A stretch of DNA of 32,000 bases from assembly GCF_000011805.1 (NCBI RefSeq), contig NC_006840.2, one strand, 5' to 3'. Position 1 is the stretch's first letter; every line of letters begins with the position of its first letter. Below the pieces are notes generated by a model. It did no database searches, was not told the DNA's origin, and saw nothing but the letters and a program-made list of their open reading frames with translations. Origin of the DNA: Aliivibrio fischeri ES114 (lineage in GTDB: Bacteria > Pseudomonadota > Gammaproteobacteria > Enterobacterales > Vibrionaceae). Shown one piece after another: positions 11,521 to 20,764 of this stretch. A program made the position numbers and the translations under genes.

Positions 11521-12102
11521 TGCACTGCGTTTTTGATGCTTTTCTCTGTTCTCTAATTTCTTTTCTGCGCTTTTCCTTAATAGGATATATACCGCTCCCG
11601 AGCCACCATGTTGTGCTTTAGCTGAATGTACGCACATCACTTCTTTTATTTGTGGAAGCCATTGAGCAACATGACTTTTAACTAATGCCGGAGGGTTGGA
11701 TTTTGCACCTTTACCATGAACGATAACAGCAAAGCGTACATCCATTTTCTGGCATTGTTTTAAAAAGTGAAGCACTTCATCTCTAGCTTGTTTTAATGTG
11801 CGTTTGTGTAAGTCTAAACGTGCTTGAATTTCATATTTACCGAGACGAACTTTTCGATATACGCCATCTTGAACGCCATCGCGTTTAAACTCAATGATAT
11901 CGTCAGGTTGTAATAATGGTGCATTATCTAAAGACAGAAAATCTGGATCCGTTTCTGATAGTGCTTGCGCTGCCTCTTTACGTGCTAATTGAGATTCTGT
12001 TGCTTTATGGGGAGAGGTTAGTGGTGTCACTATATCTTGTTTAATGGGTTTTACATCTCCCATCATCTCTTGGAATAGTGAAAATTCATCTGTATGAGGC
12101 AT
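11518..12102 (-). CDS. smrA: Smr-domain DNA endonuclease SmrA
   Basis: 194 aa; LDLHKRTLKQARDEV...VIHGKG...HGGSGAVYILLRK Smr motifs; N-terminal SLFQEMMGDVKPIK and C-terminal KHQKRS match the SmrA/YdaL type. Confidence 0.9.
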   Translation of the reverse strand: MPHTDEFSLFQEMMGDVKPIKQDIVTPLTSPHKATESQLARKEAAQALSETDPDFLSLDNAPLLQPDDIIEFKRDGVQDGVYRKVRLGKYEIQARLDLHKRTLKQARDEVLHFLKQCQKMDVRFAVIVHGKGAKSNPPALVKSHVAQWLPQIKEVMCVHSAKAQHGGSGAVYILLRKSAEKKLENREKHQKRSA

Positions 12103-12245
12103 AAATAATCCTTAGAGCGATCATATATTTATTTGGATTATAGTGATGTAATTGATGAATTCTAAGCAAATTTTGATGATTTATTTATGAATTCGATTAA
12201 TTTGATGAATAAATAGCCGAACAAATTGAAAAATGAAAAAAACAC

Positions 12246-12273
12246 TTGTCAAAAAAATCCTGAGCAGTATTAT
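12246..12273 (+). promoter_or_regulatory. Candidate sigma-70 promoter for tRNA-Pro
   Basis: TTGTCA-N16-TATTAT followed by GC-rich AGCCCTC discriminator, 40 bp upstream of the tRNA. Confidence 0.6.
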
Positions 12274-12312
12274 AGCCCTCGTTGACACGGACAAGGTCTT
12301 TGTTAAACATTT

Positions 12313-12389
<77 letters not shown>

Positions 12390-12400
12390 CTTTTAAAAAA

Positions 12401-12428
12401 GCCGCATCAGAAATGATGCGGCTTTTTT
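12401..12428 (+). terminator. Intrinsic terminator of tRNA-Pro
   Basis: GCCGCATC agaaat GATGCGGC TTTTTT. Confidence 0.9.
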
Positions 12429-12652
12429 ACGTTTGTCGATCCTGTATTCATTCAAGTAACTATTTATACCAATCTACATAAGTATTTGATCATTCTTGCT
12501 TGTTAAAATCGATTATATCAGCGTTATAAATTTTGTAATTAGATCCACTAGTTACTGTAATTTATGCCTTGCTATAATCGATTTTTCCTACGCAATTATC
12601 TGAACAACTACTTATCCAGAATGGTATTATTCTTACTTACTGTGATTGATAT

Positions 12653-12684
12653 AAAAACGGCATTGATATCACTCAACACCGTTT
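12653..12684 (-). terminator. Intrinsic terminator of the copA-smORF-DUF411 operon
   Basis: Minus strand AAACGG-TG-TTGA-gtgata-TCAA-TG-CCGTTT followed by TTAT. Confidence 0.65.
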
Positions 12685-12691
12685 ATTATTT

Positions 12692-12733
12692 CCCTAGTCC
12701 CTAGTCCCTAGTCCCTAGTCCCTAGTCCCTAGT
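12692..12733. repeat. Heptamer tandem repeat (CCCTAGT)x6 overlapping the stop codon of the DUF411 gene
   Basis: Six perfect contiguous copies of CCCTAGT, 42 bp. Confidence 0.97.
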
Positions 12734-13166
12734 TATGCGTATTAAATAACGCTAATTTTCCATTTTCTTTAAACGCCACAACTTGGTATTTGTCTTTTTT
12801 ATCTCCATATTCCATACCCGGAGAGCCCATTGGCATACCTGGAACGGCTAGTCCTTTGTAGTCACGAGGATCAGCAAGAAATTCTTTAATATCAGATGCT
12901 GGAATATGACCTTCAAATACATAACCATCAATGACAGCGGTATGACAAGAAGTAAGACGAGGATCAACACCTAGTTTTTTCTTAATCGCACTCATGTCTT
13001 CATGCTTTTCAGTTTTAACGTCATAACCGTTATCTTTCATGTGTTGTTCCCATTCAGTGCAACAACCGCAGTAAGGGGATTTGTAAGAAGTAACTTCGGT
13101 TGCTGCAAATGCAGATGAGCTTATTAACATAAGAGAAGTGAAAGCTATTTTTTTTACGTTTTTCAT
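12729..13166 (-). CDS. DUF411 domain-containing putative periplasmic metal-binding protein
   Basis: 145 aa; signal peptide MKNVKKIAFTSLMLISSSAFA; YKSPYCGCCTEWEQHM, LTSCHTAVIDGYVFEGHIPA motifs; next to copA. Confidence 0.9.
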   Translation of the reverse strand: MKNVKKIAFTSLMLISSSAFAATEVTSYKSPYCGCCTEWEQHMKDNGYDVKTEKHEDMSAIKKKLGVDPRLTSCHTAVIDGYVFEGHIPASDIKEFLADPRDYKGLAVPGMPMGSPGMEYGDKKDKYQVVAFKENGKLALFNTHN

Positions 13167-13182
13167 GGTGATATTCCACTAT

Positions 13183-13257
13183 TTACTTTGAATTAGGTGA
13201 AAGCCAGAACCAAAAAACAATGGCGACTATTAAAGAAATACCAATTACATTAATCAT
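13183..13257 (-). CDS. Candidate 24-aa single-pass membrane microprotein MINVIGISLIVAIVFWFWLSPNSK
   Basis: Minus strand TAA(copA)-CAGGTGGAACC-ATG: strong SD AGGTGG, 11 nt after the copA stop; hydrophobic helix; stop 16 nt upstream of the DUF411 start. Below the length cutoff of the ORF track. Confidence 0.65.
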   Translation of the reverse strand: MINVIGISLIVAIVFWFWLSPNSK

Positions 13258-13268
13258 GGTTCCACCTG

Positions 13269-15950
13269 TTATTTTTGTTGAGGTTGGGGAGTAAAAAGTC
13301 GTAACCGGTTTGCATTGGTGACGACCGTTATAGATGAAAGTGCCATTGCTGCGCCTGCAACGACTGGACTTAGTAGCATGCCAGTAAATGGGAATAAAAT
13401 GCCTGCCGCAACAGGGATCCCAATGGTATTGTATATAAATGCACCAAATAGATTTTGCTTCATATTTTTCATGGTTGCTTTGGATAATGTAATGGCATTG
13501 ACTGCAGTTAATAAAGAGTGATTCATTAACGTTAAATGTGCACTTTCAATTGCAACATCGCTGCCATTGCCCATTGCAATACCGACTTCAGCTTGTGCTA
13601 GTGCTGGGGCATCATTAATACCATCACCTATCATGGCCACTTTTTTGCCTTGTTTTTGCAGTTCTTGGATTGCTTGCGCTTTACCATCCGGTAATACTCC
13701 AGCAATGATTTGATTGATCCCTAGTTCTTTTGCTACGTGCTCTGCAGTCTCTTTACGATCGCCAGTTAACATGACAACATCAATACCAAGTTGGTTAAAT
13801 TGCTTGATAGCAGCTTTGGAATCTAAGCGAATGGCATCACTAACCTGAATAACCCCGATACACTCTTGCTCATTAGCCACATATAAAGGCGTAGCTGATG
13901 GTGAAATAGATACATCAGGAGTTGGTATGTTGTTCTTAGTAAGGTAACGATGGTTACCAATAAATATGAGATTACCATTTACTATCGCTGATGCACCTAG
14001 GCCCAGTTCGGCAGTAAAATTTGTACTAGTAAGAGGTATCCAATGGTTGTCATTTAAATAATTCACAACCGCTAACGCCAATGGATGCTCAGAATGAGTT
14101 TCGACTGCTGCTGCGAGTGAAATTACTTCTTTTTCATCGTATTGGTTGAAAAGGGTGACGTGATTTACCCTTGGTTTCCCTTCCGTTAATGTTCCTGTTT
14201 TATCTACAACAACCGTATCGATGGTGCTTGCAGTTTGAAGTACGTCAGCATCTTTAATTAATGCACCAAATTCAGCTGCTTTACCAATTCCTACGGTTAC
14301 CGACATAGGCGTTGCTAATCCAAGGGCGCAAGGACAAGCAATAATTAGAACTGTAGTGGCGACAACTAACATGTAACTTGATGTTGGCTCTGGACCAAAG
14401 TTATACCAAATAAGAGCGGATAGAATCGCGATAATCATAACGCTCGGAACAAAGATTGATGATATTTTATCTGCCAATTTAGCTAATTTAGGTTTACTGC
14501 TCTGTGCATTTCGTACCATAGTAATAATACGAGCGAGCATGGTGTGCTCACCAACTTTCGTCGCTTTAAAGGTAAAGCTTCCTTGTTGATTGATGGTACC
14601 GGCATGTACGGCATTACCTAAGGATTTTAAGCTCGGTATTGGCTCTCCAGTTAACATGGCTTCATCAAGATAGCTCTCACCACTCAAGATAGTGCCATCA
14701 ACGGGAATTTTTTCACCGGGTTTAATTTTAATTACCATTCCTTCAACAACTTGAGCGACAGGCAAGGTAACCTCTTGGCTATCAATAATAACGGTAGCCG
14801 TTTGTGGTTGTAAGTTGATCAGTTTTTCAATGGCATTTGACGTGCGATTTCTGGCTTTAGTTTCAATGAGGTTACCCAGTGTAATTAAGCCTAAGATCAT
14901 TGCTGTTGCTTCAAAATACACATGACGAGCTTGTTCTGGGAAGAATTCAGGAAAAAGAACTAGTGCCATGGAATATAGCCAAGCAGAGCCTGTGCCTAAT
15001 GCAACTAAGGTATCCATTGTTGCTCTATGGTGAGTAAAGGCTTTCCATGCATTCACAAAAAAGTGTCGACCAGCAGTCAGTAATAACCCTAAACAAATAA
15101 CTCCAATTACTCCCCAAGCGATTTGGTCGTGAGTATTTGATATTTGCATATTGCCACCGAAAACGCCCCACAACATGAGCGGAGCACCGATGCTTAGTGA
15201 TAAAATAGTATTTCTTTTATGTTTAGCGGTTGTTTTTAGAAATTGCTCTTTTTGTCGTACTCTGCGCTGTTCTTCACTTACGCTTAGTTCTGCGCCATAA
15301 CCCCCATCTTCAATGCTTTTGATTAATGTTGGTACATCAATATCGCCATGAACGAGCGCGGTGCGTTCAGCAAGATTAACCGTCACAGAGTGTACGTTTT
15401 TATTTTGCGCAATGATTTTTTCAACAGAAGATACGCAACTCGCACATGTCATTCCTGACAATATTAATTGTGTCGTTTTTTCTGATGAATAGTTGGTATT
15501 GTCTGTTTTGGGATTATCAGACTGAGGAGATAGATTCTCTTTATTATCAGATACAGGTGACTGGTTACTTGCATGAAAGCCAATAGACTCAATGAGTTCG
15601 ATAATATGTTGTTGCGAGTGAGTGGTTTCTAATTTCAATTGTGTTGTTGAAATAGACGTAATACTGGAATGTGATAAACCACTTAACGCTTCTTTGGTTT
15701 TATTGACGCACTTACCACAATTTAATCCAGACAAATAAAGAGTGACATGTTGTGCTTTAGGGACGGAATATCCAAGCTCTGTGATTAATTTAACCACCTC
15801 TTGATAAGAGAGAGTAGTGGTTAGCTTTGTATCCGTTTTAGTTACCGAGTATTGCTGTACATGCGGATTGTCTGCAAATGCTTTTTCTATTTTCGCAATA
15901 CAACGACCACAATTTAATCCCGCTAAAGGCAGATTGAATTCTTGACTCAT
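13269..15950 (-). CDS. copA: Cu(+)-exporting P1B-type ATPase with three N-terminal HMA domains
   Basis: 893 aa; GLNCGRC, GLNCGKC, GMTCASC; phosphorylation site DKTGTLTEG; CPx motif ACPCALGLATP; GDGINDAPALAQA. Confidence 0.97.
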   Translation of the reverse strand: MSQEFNLPLAGLNCGRCIAKIEKAFADNPHVQQYSVTKTDTKLTTTLSYQEVVKLITELGYSVPKAQHVTLYLSGLNCGKCVNKTKEALSGLSHSSITSISTTQLKLETTHSQQHIIELIESIGFHASNQSPVSDNKENLSPQSDNPKTDNTNYSSEKTTQLILSGMTCASCVSSVEKIIAQNKNVHSVTVNLAERTALVHGDIDVPTLIKSIEDGGYGAELSVSEEQRRVRQKEQFLKTTAKHKRNTILSLSIGAPLMLWGVFGGNMQISNTHDQIAWGVIGVICLGLLLTAGRHFFVNAWKAFTHHRATMDTLVALGTGSAWLYSMALVLFPEFFPEQARHVYFEATAMILGLITLGNLIETKARNRTSNAIEKLINLQPQTATVIIDSQEVTLPVAQVVEGMVIKIKPGEKIPVDGTILSGESYLDEAMLTGEPIPSLKSLGNAVHAGTINQQGSFTFKATKVGEHTMLARIITMVRNAQSSKPKLAKLADKISSIFVPSVMIIAILSALIWYNFGPEPTSSYMLVVATTVLIIACPCALGLATPMSVTVGIGKAAEFGALIKDADVLQTASTIDTVVVDKTGTLTEGKPRVNHVTLFNQYDEKEVISLAAAVETHSEHPLALAVVNYLNDNHWIPLTSTNFTAELGLGASAIVNGNLIFIGNHRYLTKNNIPTPDVSISPSATPLYVANEQECIGVIQVSDAIRLDSKAAIKQFNQLGIDVVMLTGDRKETAEHVAKELGINQIIAGVLPDGKAQAIQELQKQGKKVAMIGDGINDAPALAQAEVGIAMGNGSDVAIESAHLTLMNHSLLTAVNAITLSKATMKNMKQNLFGAFIYNTIGIPVAAGILFPFTGMLLSPVVAGAAMALSSITVVTNANRLRLFTPQPQQK

Positions 15951-15982
15951 AATAACCTCGATAACTTATCTTGATATTAGAT

Positions 15983-16013
15983 ATCATAAACCTTACAGTT
16001 AATGGAAGGTCAA
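15983..16013 (-). promoter_or_regulatory. CueR-regulated copA promoter
   Basis: Minus strand TTGACC-N19-TATGAT; 19-bp spacer containing ACCTTCC....GTAAGGT dyad typical of CueR operators; lies between divergent copA and cueR. Confidence 0.88.
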
Positions 16014-16035
16014 GAAGAAAAGTAAAGAGAGTAGT

Positions 16036-16437
16036 ATGAATATAAGTGAAGTAGCGAAATTAACTGGATTAACAGCAAAAGCAATTCGTTTTTATGAAAG
16101 TAAAGGGATAATAAAAGAGGCGAGTCGTGGCGCAAATGGATATCGTCAATATACACAACATCAAGTGGATGAGTTGTTACTTATCCGTCGCTCAAGGTTA
16201 GTTGGATTTAGCTTAGATGAATGTCAAGAGCTGTTAAATTTATCGAATAATCCAAATAGACGAAGTGCGGATGTAAAACAAAAAACACTAGAAAAGGTTT
16301 CAGAAATAGAAACTAAGATAGAAGAGCTAGAAAGGATGAAGAAAACGTTATTAGATCTAGCTGATGCATGCCCTGGAGATGATAGTAACGATTGTCCAAT
16401 TATTAAAGGATTAACCTGTTGCCATGAGAAGAAATAA
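16036..16437 (+). CDS. cueR: MerR-family Cu(I)-responsive transcriptional regulator CueR
   Basis: 133 aa; [28 protein letters not shown]; C-terminal metal loop [19 protein letters not shown]. Confidence 0.93.
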   Translation: MNISEVAKLTGLTAKAIRFYESKGIIKEASRGANGYRQYTQHQVDELLLIRRSRLVGFSLDECQELLNLSNNPNRRSADVKQKTLEKVSEIETKIEELERMKKTLLDLADACPGDDSNDCPIIKGLTCCHEKK

Positions 16438-16473
16438 CAACAGGTTAAATAATGACAGGTTATATGCTTTACT

Positions 16474-17328
16474 TTAATAAAGTAGAGAATAGAGTTGGCG
16501 ACGGAATTTACCTGCGATAGGGTTACCTTGACCTAGAGCAGATAGAATATCCATCATTACTTTTTTTACTTGGCCATCTTGAGCATTAAGATCTTTAACT
16601 AGTATCGCCATTAAAATCTCTAACGCTTCTTCTTGTCGATTTACTTGGCTATATTGAATAGCAAGCTCTAATGCGACTTCAGTATTGGTTGGTTCTGCAC
16701 TGTGTTTTTCTTCTAATGCTTGAATTTCAGGTGTATTACCTGCTTGTTTATGTAGCTCAAGTTTAGCGACTAATTCTTTATATTTACTATCCTGATCTTG
16801 CATTAAAATTTCAGACAAGATGCTTTCAGCTTGATCATAGGCCTGTGTTTCAATATAGCATTGCGCGATATGAAGCTTGATTTGCCCATTACCACCAAAA
16901 TGGTCTAATAAAGCGATCAACATAGGGAGTGCGGCTTGGTATTCACCCTCTTCAACTAATTTAAACGCTTGCCCTAATTGAAGCTCTTCTTGACTAGGTA
17001 AGTGTTTGCTTAACATACCTTGGATGGCTTCAATTGTTTGAGGACCACCCATACCATCTACGGCTTGACCATTTTTAAATAAGGCAATAGTAGGTAATGT
17101 TTGCACACCAAATTGTTGAGCAAGGCCTTGTTGTTCTTGGCAATTAAGTAGGGCAAGGGTAACAGCATCACCGTATTGTTGGGCAAGCTGTTGAAGTGCA
17201 GGTATTACAGAAAGGCTTTCTTGGCTCATTGGCGCCCAGAAGTGAATCAACACAGGGGTTTGCACTGAGCTTTCTATAATTTGCTGGAAATTTTGTTCGT
17301 TCAATTCAACGCTATGTTCTGCTTGCAT
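16474..17328 (-). CDS. cnoX: Thioredoxin-fold/TPR co-chaperone CnoX (YbbN)
   Basis: 284 aa; degenerate thioredoxin domain PVLIHFWAPMSQES...FGVQTLPTIALFKNGQAVDG followed by TPR region; next to ybbO as in E. coli. Confidence 0.92.
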   Translation of the reverse strand: MQAEHSVELNEQNFQQIIESSVQTPVLIHFWAPMSQESLSVIPALQQLAQQYGDAVTLALLNCQEQQGLAQQFGVQTLPTIALFKNGQAVDGMGGPQTIEAIQGMLSKHLPSQEELQLGQAFKLVEEGEYQAALPMLIALLDHFGGNGQIKLHIAQCYIETQAYDQAESILSEILMQDQDSKYKELVAKLELHKQAGNTPEIQALEEKHSAEPTNTEVALELAIQYSQVNRQEEALEILMAILVKDLNAQDGQVKKVMMDILSALGQGNPIAGKFRRQLYSLLY

Positions 17329-17405
17329 ATCTTGTCCTAAAATCAGAATTATCTCTTTTAGTAGATATATGGCGTTTGTGGGCTATTTTCAAGGAGACAA
17401 AAAAC

Positions 17406-17440
17406 AAGAAAGCCACGATATTAAAATATTGTGGCTTTTT
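17406..17440. terminator. Hairpin terminator upstream of cnoX, downstream of the 21-aa candidate ORF
   Basis: AAAGCCACgATATT aa AATATtGTGGCTTTTT. Confidence 0.7.
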
Positions 17441-17461
17441 GTTTGCAAGCAAAGGTTACTA

Positions 17462-17527
17462 TTAGATCAGTATGAATACCGCAACCGCTACACTCACACA
17501 GATCCAGTTAATTTTTCCTAGTGTCAT
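17462..17527 (-). CDS. Candidate 21-aa membrane microprotein MTLGKINWICVSVAVAVFILI
   Basis: Minus strand GAGGGAAGT-ATG ribosome binding site, hydrophobic C-terminal segment, terminator hairpin directly downstream. Below the ORF-track cutoff. Confidence 0.45.
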   Translation of the reverse strand: MTLGKINWICVSVAVAVFILI

Positions 17528-17656
17528 ACTTCCCTCGAAAACACTAATCGACCAGATAGTATTAAATATACGATTGCTTTATGACACTAATATTACATTT
17601 TTATCTTTTTCTCGTATTTATTAAAAATTACACAGTGGTGGCGGTATAAAGTTACA

Positions 17657-18484
17657 TTAATCACTCTTATTTAAGATCTTATCGAGGATTTTTGTTGGTA
17701 AAATACGTTTAAGAAATGCAAATAAATACGTTGGAAAGGTAACTCGATACCTTACTTTTGGTTTTGTGGAATTTAAGGCGTGTAGTAATGGGGAAATGAC
17801 GGCGGTTGATGGTAAAATAAACGCACTACCTGACTTTTCTTTTTCGAGTCTTTGTTGCTGAATAAGGTATTTTTCCTTATGAGGGCTATTTTCTACATCT
17901 ATCCATTTATTAAATGCTTTCAATGCGTTAGAGCGGAATTCGGTTTCTATTGGCCCAGGTTCAATTAAGCAGACTTTAATGTTTGTATCTGATAGTTCTA
18001 GACGTAACGTATCTGTCCAACCTTCAATAGCAAATTTTGATGCGTTATAAGCTCCACGGTATTTCATGGCAACAATGCCTAAAACAGAGCTGTTTTGAAT
18101 GATACGTCCTTGATTTTGTTCTCTCATTATTGGGAGTAATTCTGTTACTAACTGATGCCAACCAAAGAAATTAGCTTCGAACTGTTCTTTTAAGGCATCA
18201 CGAGGTAGATCTTCGAGTGCACCTGCCTGTCCATAAGCCCCATTATTAAATAAAGCGTATAATTTTCCATCAGTTAGTGCTTTTATTTTGTGCACCGCAT
18301 CACTGACGCTCTGAGGATCATTATAATCGAGTTGTAAGCAAGTGAGCCCTTCCTTCTGAAGTCGAATAACATCTTCTTCTTTTCTACATGAGGCGATAAC
18401 ATTAAAGCCGTGTTGCTGTAATTGGTGAGCTGCGGTATATCCGATACCTGTAGAGCAGCCAGTTATAAATATAGAACGCTTCAT
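17657..18484 (-). CDS. ybbO: SDR-family oxidoreductase YbbO
   Basis: 275 aa; ITGCSTGIG Rossmann motif, NNGAYG, SSVLG, YNASKFAIEGW catalytic YxxxK, C-terminal RILPTKILDKIL; adjacent to cnoX/ybbN. Confidence 0.88.
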   Translation of the reverse strand: MKRSIFITGCSTGIGYTAAHQLQQHGFNVIASCRKEEDVIRLQKEGLTCLQLDYNDPQSVSDAVHKIKALTDGKLYALFNNGAYGQAGALEDLPRDALKEQFEANFFGWHQLVTELLPIMREQNQGRIIQNSSVLGIVAMKYRGAYNASKFAIEGWTDTLRLELSDTNIKVCLIEPGPIETEFRSNALKAFNKWIDVENSPHKEKYLIQQQRLEKEKSGSAFILPSTAVISPLLHALNSTKPKVRYRVTFPTYLFAFLKRILPTKILDKILNKSD

Positions 18485-18619
18485 AAATCCCTATAAATGT
18501 TTATTAGCAAACCAAATAAGTACATAGACCTTATTTTCGCTGACATAAGTACAATAGAAAACAGTATAAAGTAGGGGTTATAGAATTGATAATTCGAGTG
18601 TGAGATTGTGTGTATAAAA

Positions 18620-18651
18620 CAAAAAAAGCCAATAATGCTATTGGCTTTTTT
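18620..18651 (-). terminator. Intrinsic terminator of proVWX
   Basis: AAAAAAAGCCAATA atgc TATTGGCTTTTTT. Confidence 0.85.
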
Positions 18652-18668
18652 GGGAGTATGATGAAGGA

Positions 18669-19676
18669 TTACATGGCTGCTTTTTTCGCTTCATTTATCC
18701 AAGAGTCAAATAAATTACGGTTTGCTTTTATCCAACCATTGACGTGAGATTCAATATCAGCAGTGCTGTTTTTACCTTTACTCATCATCATGTTTTGCGC
18801 ACTCACATCGTTGATGTTTAGCTTAATTATTTCAAATAACTTTGCAGCCGCTGGGTTTTGTGCAGCAAATTCTTTATTCGCAATAATACGCATAGAGTTC
18901 ATTTCAAAACCGTAGTTTTTACCATTTGATAATGTGGTATCTACATTTTTACGTTCACCCGGTAATGCAGAGAAAGGAACTTCTAACCAAACAACGTCTT
19001 TATTTGGTACTAGAACACCACTTACCCAGTAAGGTGTCCACGTATAGTAGAGAATTGGCTCGCCATTTTTATAACGTGAAATCGTATCAGCAATAATTGC
19101 TGCGTAGTTACCTTGGTTATGTGTGACAGTATCTTCAAGTTGATAAGTCTCAATTTGGTGTTCGATTACCATTTCGCAGCCCCAACCAGGATTACAACCA
19201 GTAAGATCCGCTTTGCCATCACCATCAGCATCAAATAATTTAGCTATCTTTGGATCTTTTAATTGACCAATATTAGTGATGCCATATTTCTCTGCTGTTT
19301 TTTTATCAATTAAGTAACCTTGAGCTGCGCCACTTACGTATTGGCCTTGACGGTAGAATTTGTCATCTCCACCAGACATTGTGTATTTATCGGCATGAAG
19401 AGGGAACCATCCAACAGCAAGAAATGTTGCATCGCCTTTAGCAATTGATGTGTAAGCAACGTTATAATCCACTTCTTTTGTTGGTTGTACATCATAACCA
19501 AGTTCTTCAAGAGCGCGATTTACAATCGAGGTTTGAAATGTTTCTTCAGCAACTGTTGATTGAAGAGCTTGAACGCTAACTCCTTCTCCTGGAAGCTTTT
19601 CAGCCCAAACATTAGTAGATAAAGCTAATGTCGAAACGATACTGGCTGTTAGTGCTTTCTTCCATGAATTAATCAT
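18669..19676 (-). CDS. proX: Glycine betaine/proline ABC transporter substrate-binding protein
   Basis: 335 aa with signal peptide; [34 protein letters not shown]; CNPGWGCE; downstream of proW. Confidence 0.93.
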   Translation of the reverse strand: MINSWKKALTASIVSTLALSTNVWAEKLPGEGVSVQALQSTVAEETFQTSIVNRALEELGYDVQPTKEVDYNVAYTSIAKGDATFLAVGWFPLHADKYTMSGGDDKFYRQGQYVSGAAQGYLIDKKTAEKYGITNIGQLKDPKIAKLFDADGDGKADLTGCNPGWGCEMVIEHQIETYQLEDTVTHNQGNYAAIIADTISRYKNGEPILYYTWTPYWVSGVLVPNKDVVWLEVPFSALPGERKNVDTTLSNGKNYGFEMNSMRIIANKEFAAQNPAAAKLFEIIKLNINDVSAQNMMMSKGKNSTADIESHVNGWIKANRNLFDSWINEAKKAAM

Positions 19677-19678
19677 TC

Positions 19679-20761
19679 TTATTTCTCCTTAAGTTTCAGT
19701 TCTTGTTTTGGTTCTTTTTTTTGAGCAAATATTTTTAGTAAGATGGCGACAGGTCCTATTTGATACCAACGTAATTTGGTATTGCCTGCGTTTACACCTA
19801 ATATTTGAGTGATTCTATCGAGTAAAATGGCAAGGATAACAATACCTAGACCACCAACGGCAGCTAACCCCATATCCAATCGTCCAATGCCTCGTAATAC
19901 CATTTGACCTAAACCACCTACAGCAATCATAGATGCGATAACAACCATAGACAGAGATAGCATTAAGGTTTGGTTTACACCAGCCATGATAGTTGGCAGC
20001 GCGAGAGGTAATTGGATCCGATAAAGCATCTGTTTTTTATTCGCCCCAAAAGAATGTCCAGCTTCAATAAGGTCGGTAGGTACTTGCTGAATACCGAGTA
20101 TGGTTAAACGAACAACCGGAGGTAGAGCAAAAATGATGGTTACGACTACACCTGGAACATTACCAATACCAAATAGCATAACTATTGGAACTAAATAAAC
20201 GAATGCAGGGGTGGTTTGCATTGCATCTAAGATAGGTCTAATAAATTTGGCAGCAGTGCGACTTCTTGCTAACCAGATCCCCATAGGGAGTCCGATAAGT
20301 AAACAGAAAAACACAGAGGTCATAACCAGAGCAAGGGTCGTCATTGCTTGTGACCAAGCACCGATAAGTCCTATAAATAACAGTGAAATTGCAGTGGATA
20401 CACCAAGCTTTAGATTTGAAAATTGCCACGCAAGTAAAAATAAAATAAGCAACATGAATGGCGCAGGTGTTGATACAAGAGCGGTTTCAAAAGAGCTTAA
20501 AATAAAGTCGATAGGAACACGTATTGCTTGAAATAGGGGGCGACCATGCTCTACTAACCAATTTAATCCAGATTCAACCCATGTATCTACAGGAAGAACC
20601 GCTTCTTCAAATGGGTTTAAAATATCAAAAGATTTAGTGTCTACTGTTTCTGTTGTTAACCAATCGTTTGAAGATGCTGATTCGCTTGCTTGACCCCAAG
20701 GATCGTTTGATTGAGTTTCAGTTTGTGACCATGGATCATTTGTTGTTTGATTTGTTGGCAT
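19679..20761 (-). CDS. proW: Glycine betaine/proline ABC transporter permease
   Basis: 360 aa; [29 protein letters not shown]; [26 protein letters not shown]; [33 protein letters not shown]. Confidence 0.95.
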   Translation of the reverse strand: MPTNQTTNDPWSQTETQSNDPWGQASESASSNDWLTTETVDTKSFDILNPFEEAVLPVDTWVESGLNWLVEHGRPLFQAIRVPIDFILSSFETALVSTPAPFMLLILFLLAWQFSNLKLGVSTAISLLFIGLIGAWSQAMTTLALVMTSVFFCLLIGLPMGIWLARSRTAAKFIRPILDAMQTTPAFVYLVPIVMLFGIGNVPGVVVTIIFALPPVVRLTILGIQQVPTDLIEAGHSFGANKKQMLYRIQLPLALPTIMAGVNQTLMLSLSMVVIASMIAVGGLGQMVLRGIGRLDMGLAAVGGLGIVILAILLDRITQILGVNAGNTKLRWYQIGPVAILLKIFAQKKEPKQELKLKEK

Positions 20762-20764
20762 GAC

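Noticed and set aside
11292-11525. 77-aa minus-strand ORF
   Set aside because: Antisense to the nutA 3' end and terminator.
12692-12733. Heptamer array considered as a CRISPR or iteron array
   Set aside because: Direct head-to-tail 7-bp units without spacers, no cas or rep genes nearby; it is a microsatellite-type array.
13315-13521. 68-aa plus-strand ORF
   Set aside because: Antisense to the copA 3' end.
20211-20531. 106-aa plus-strand and 63-aa minus-strand ORFs within proW
   Set aside because: Alternate-frame ORFs inside a clearly coding ABC permease gene.
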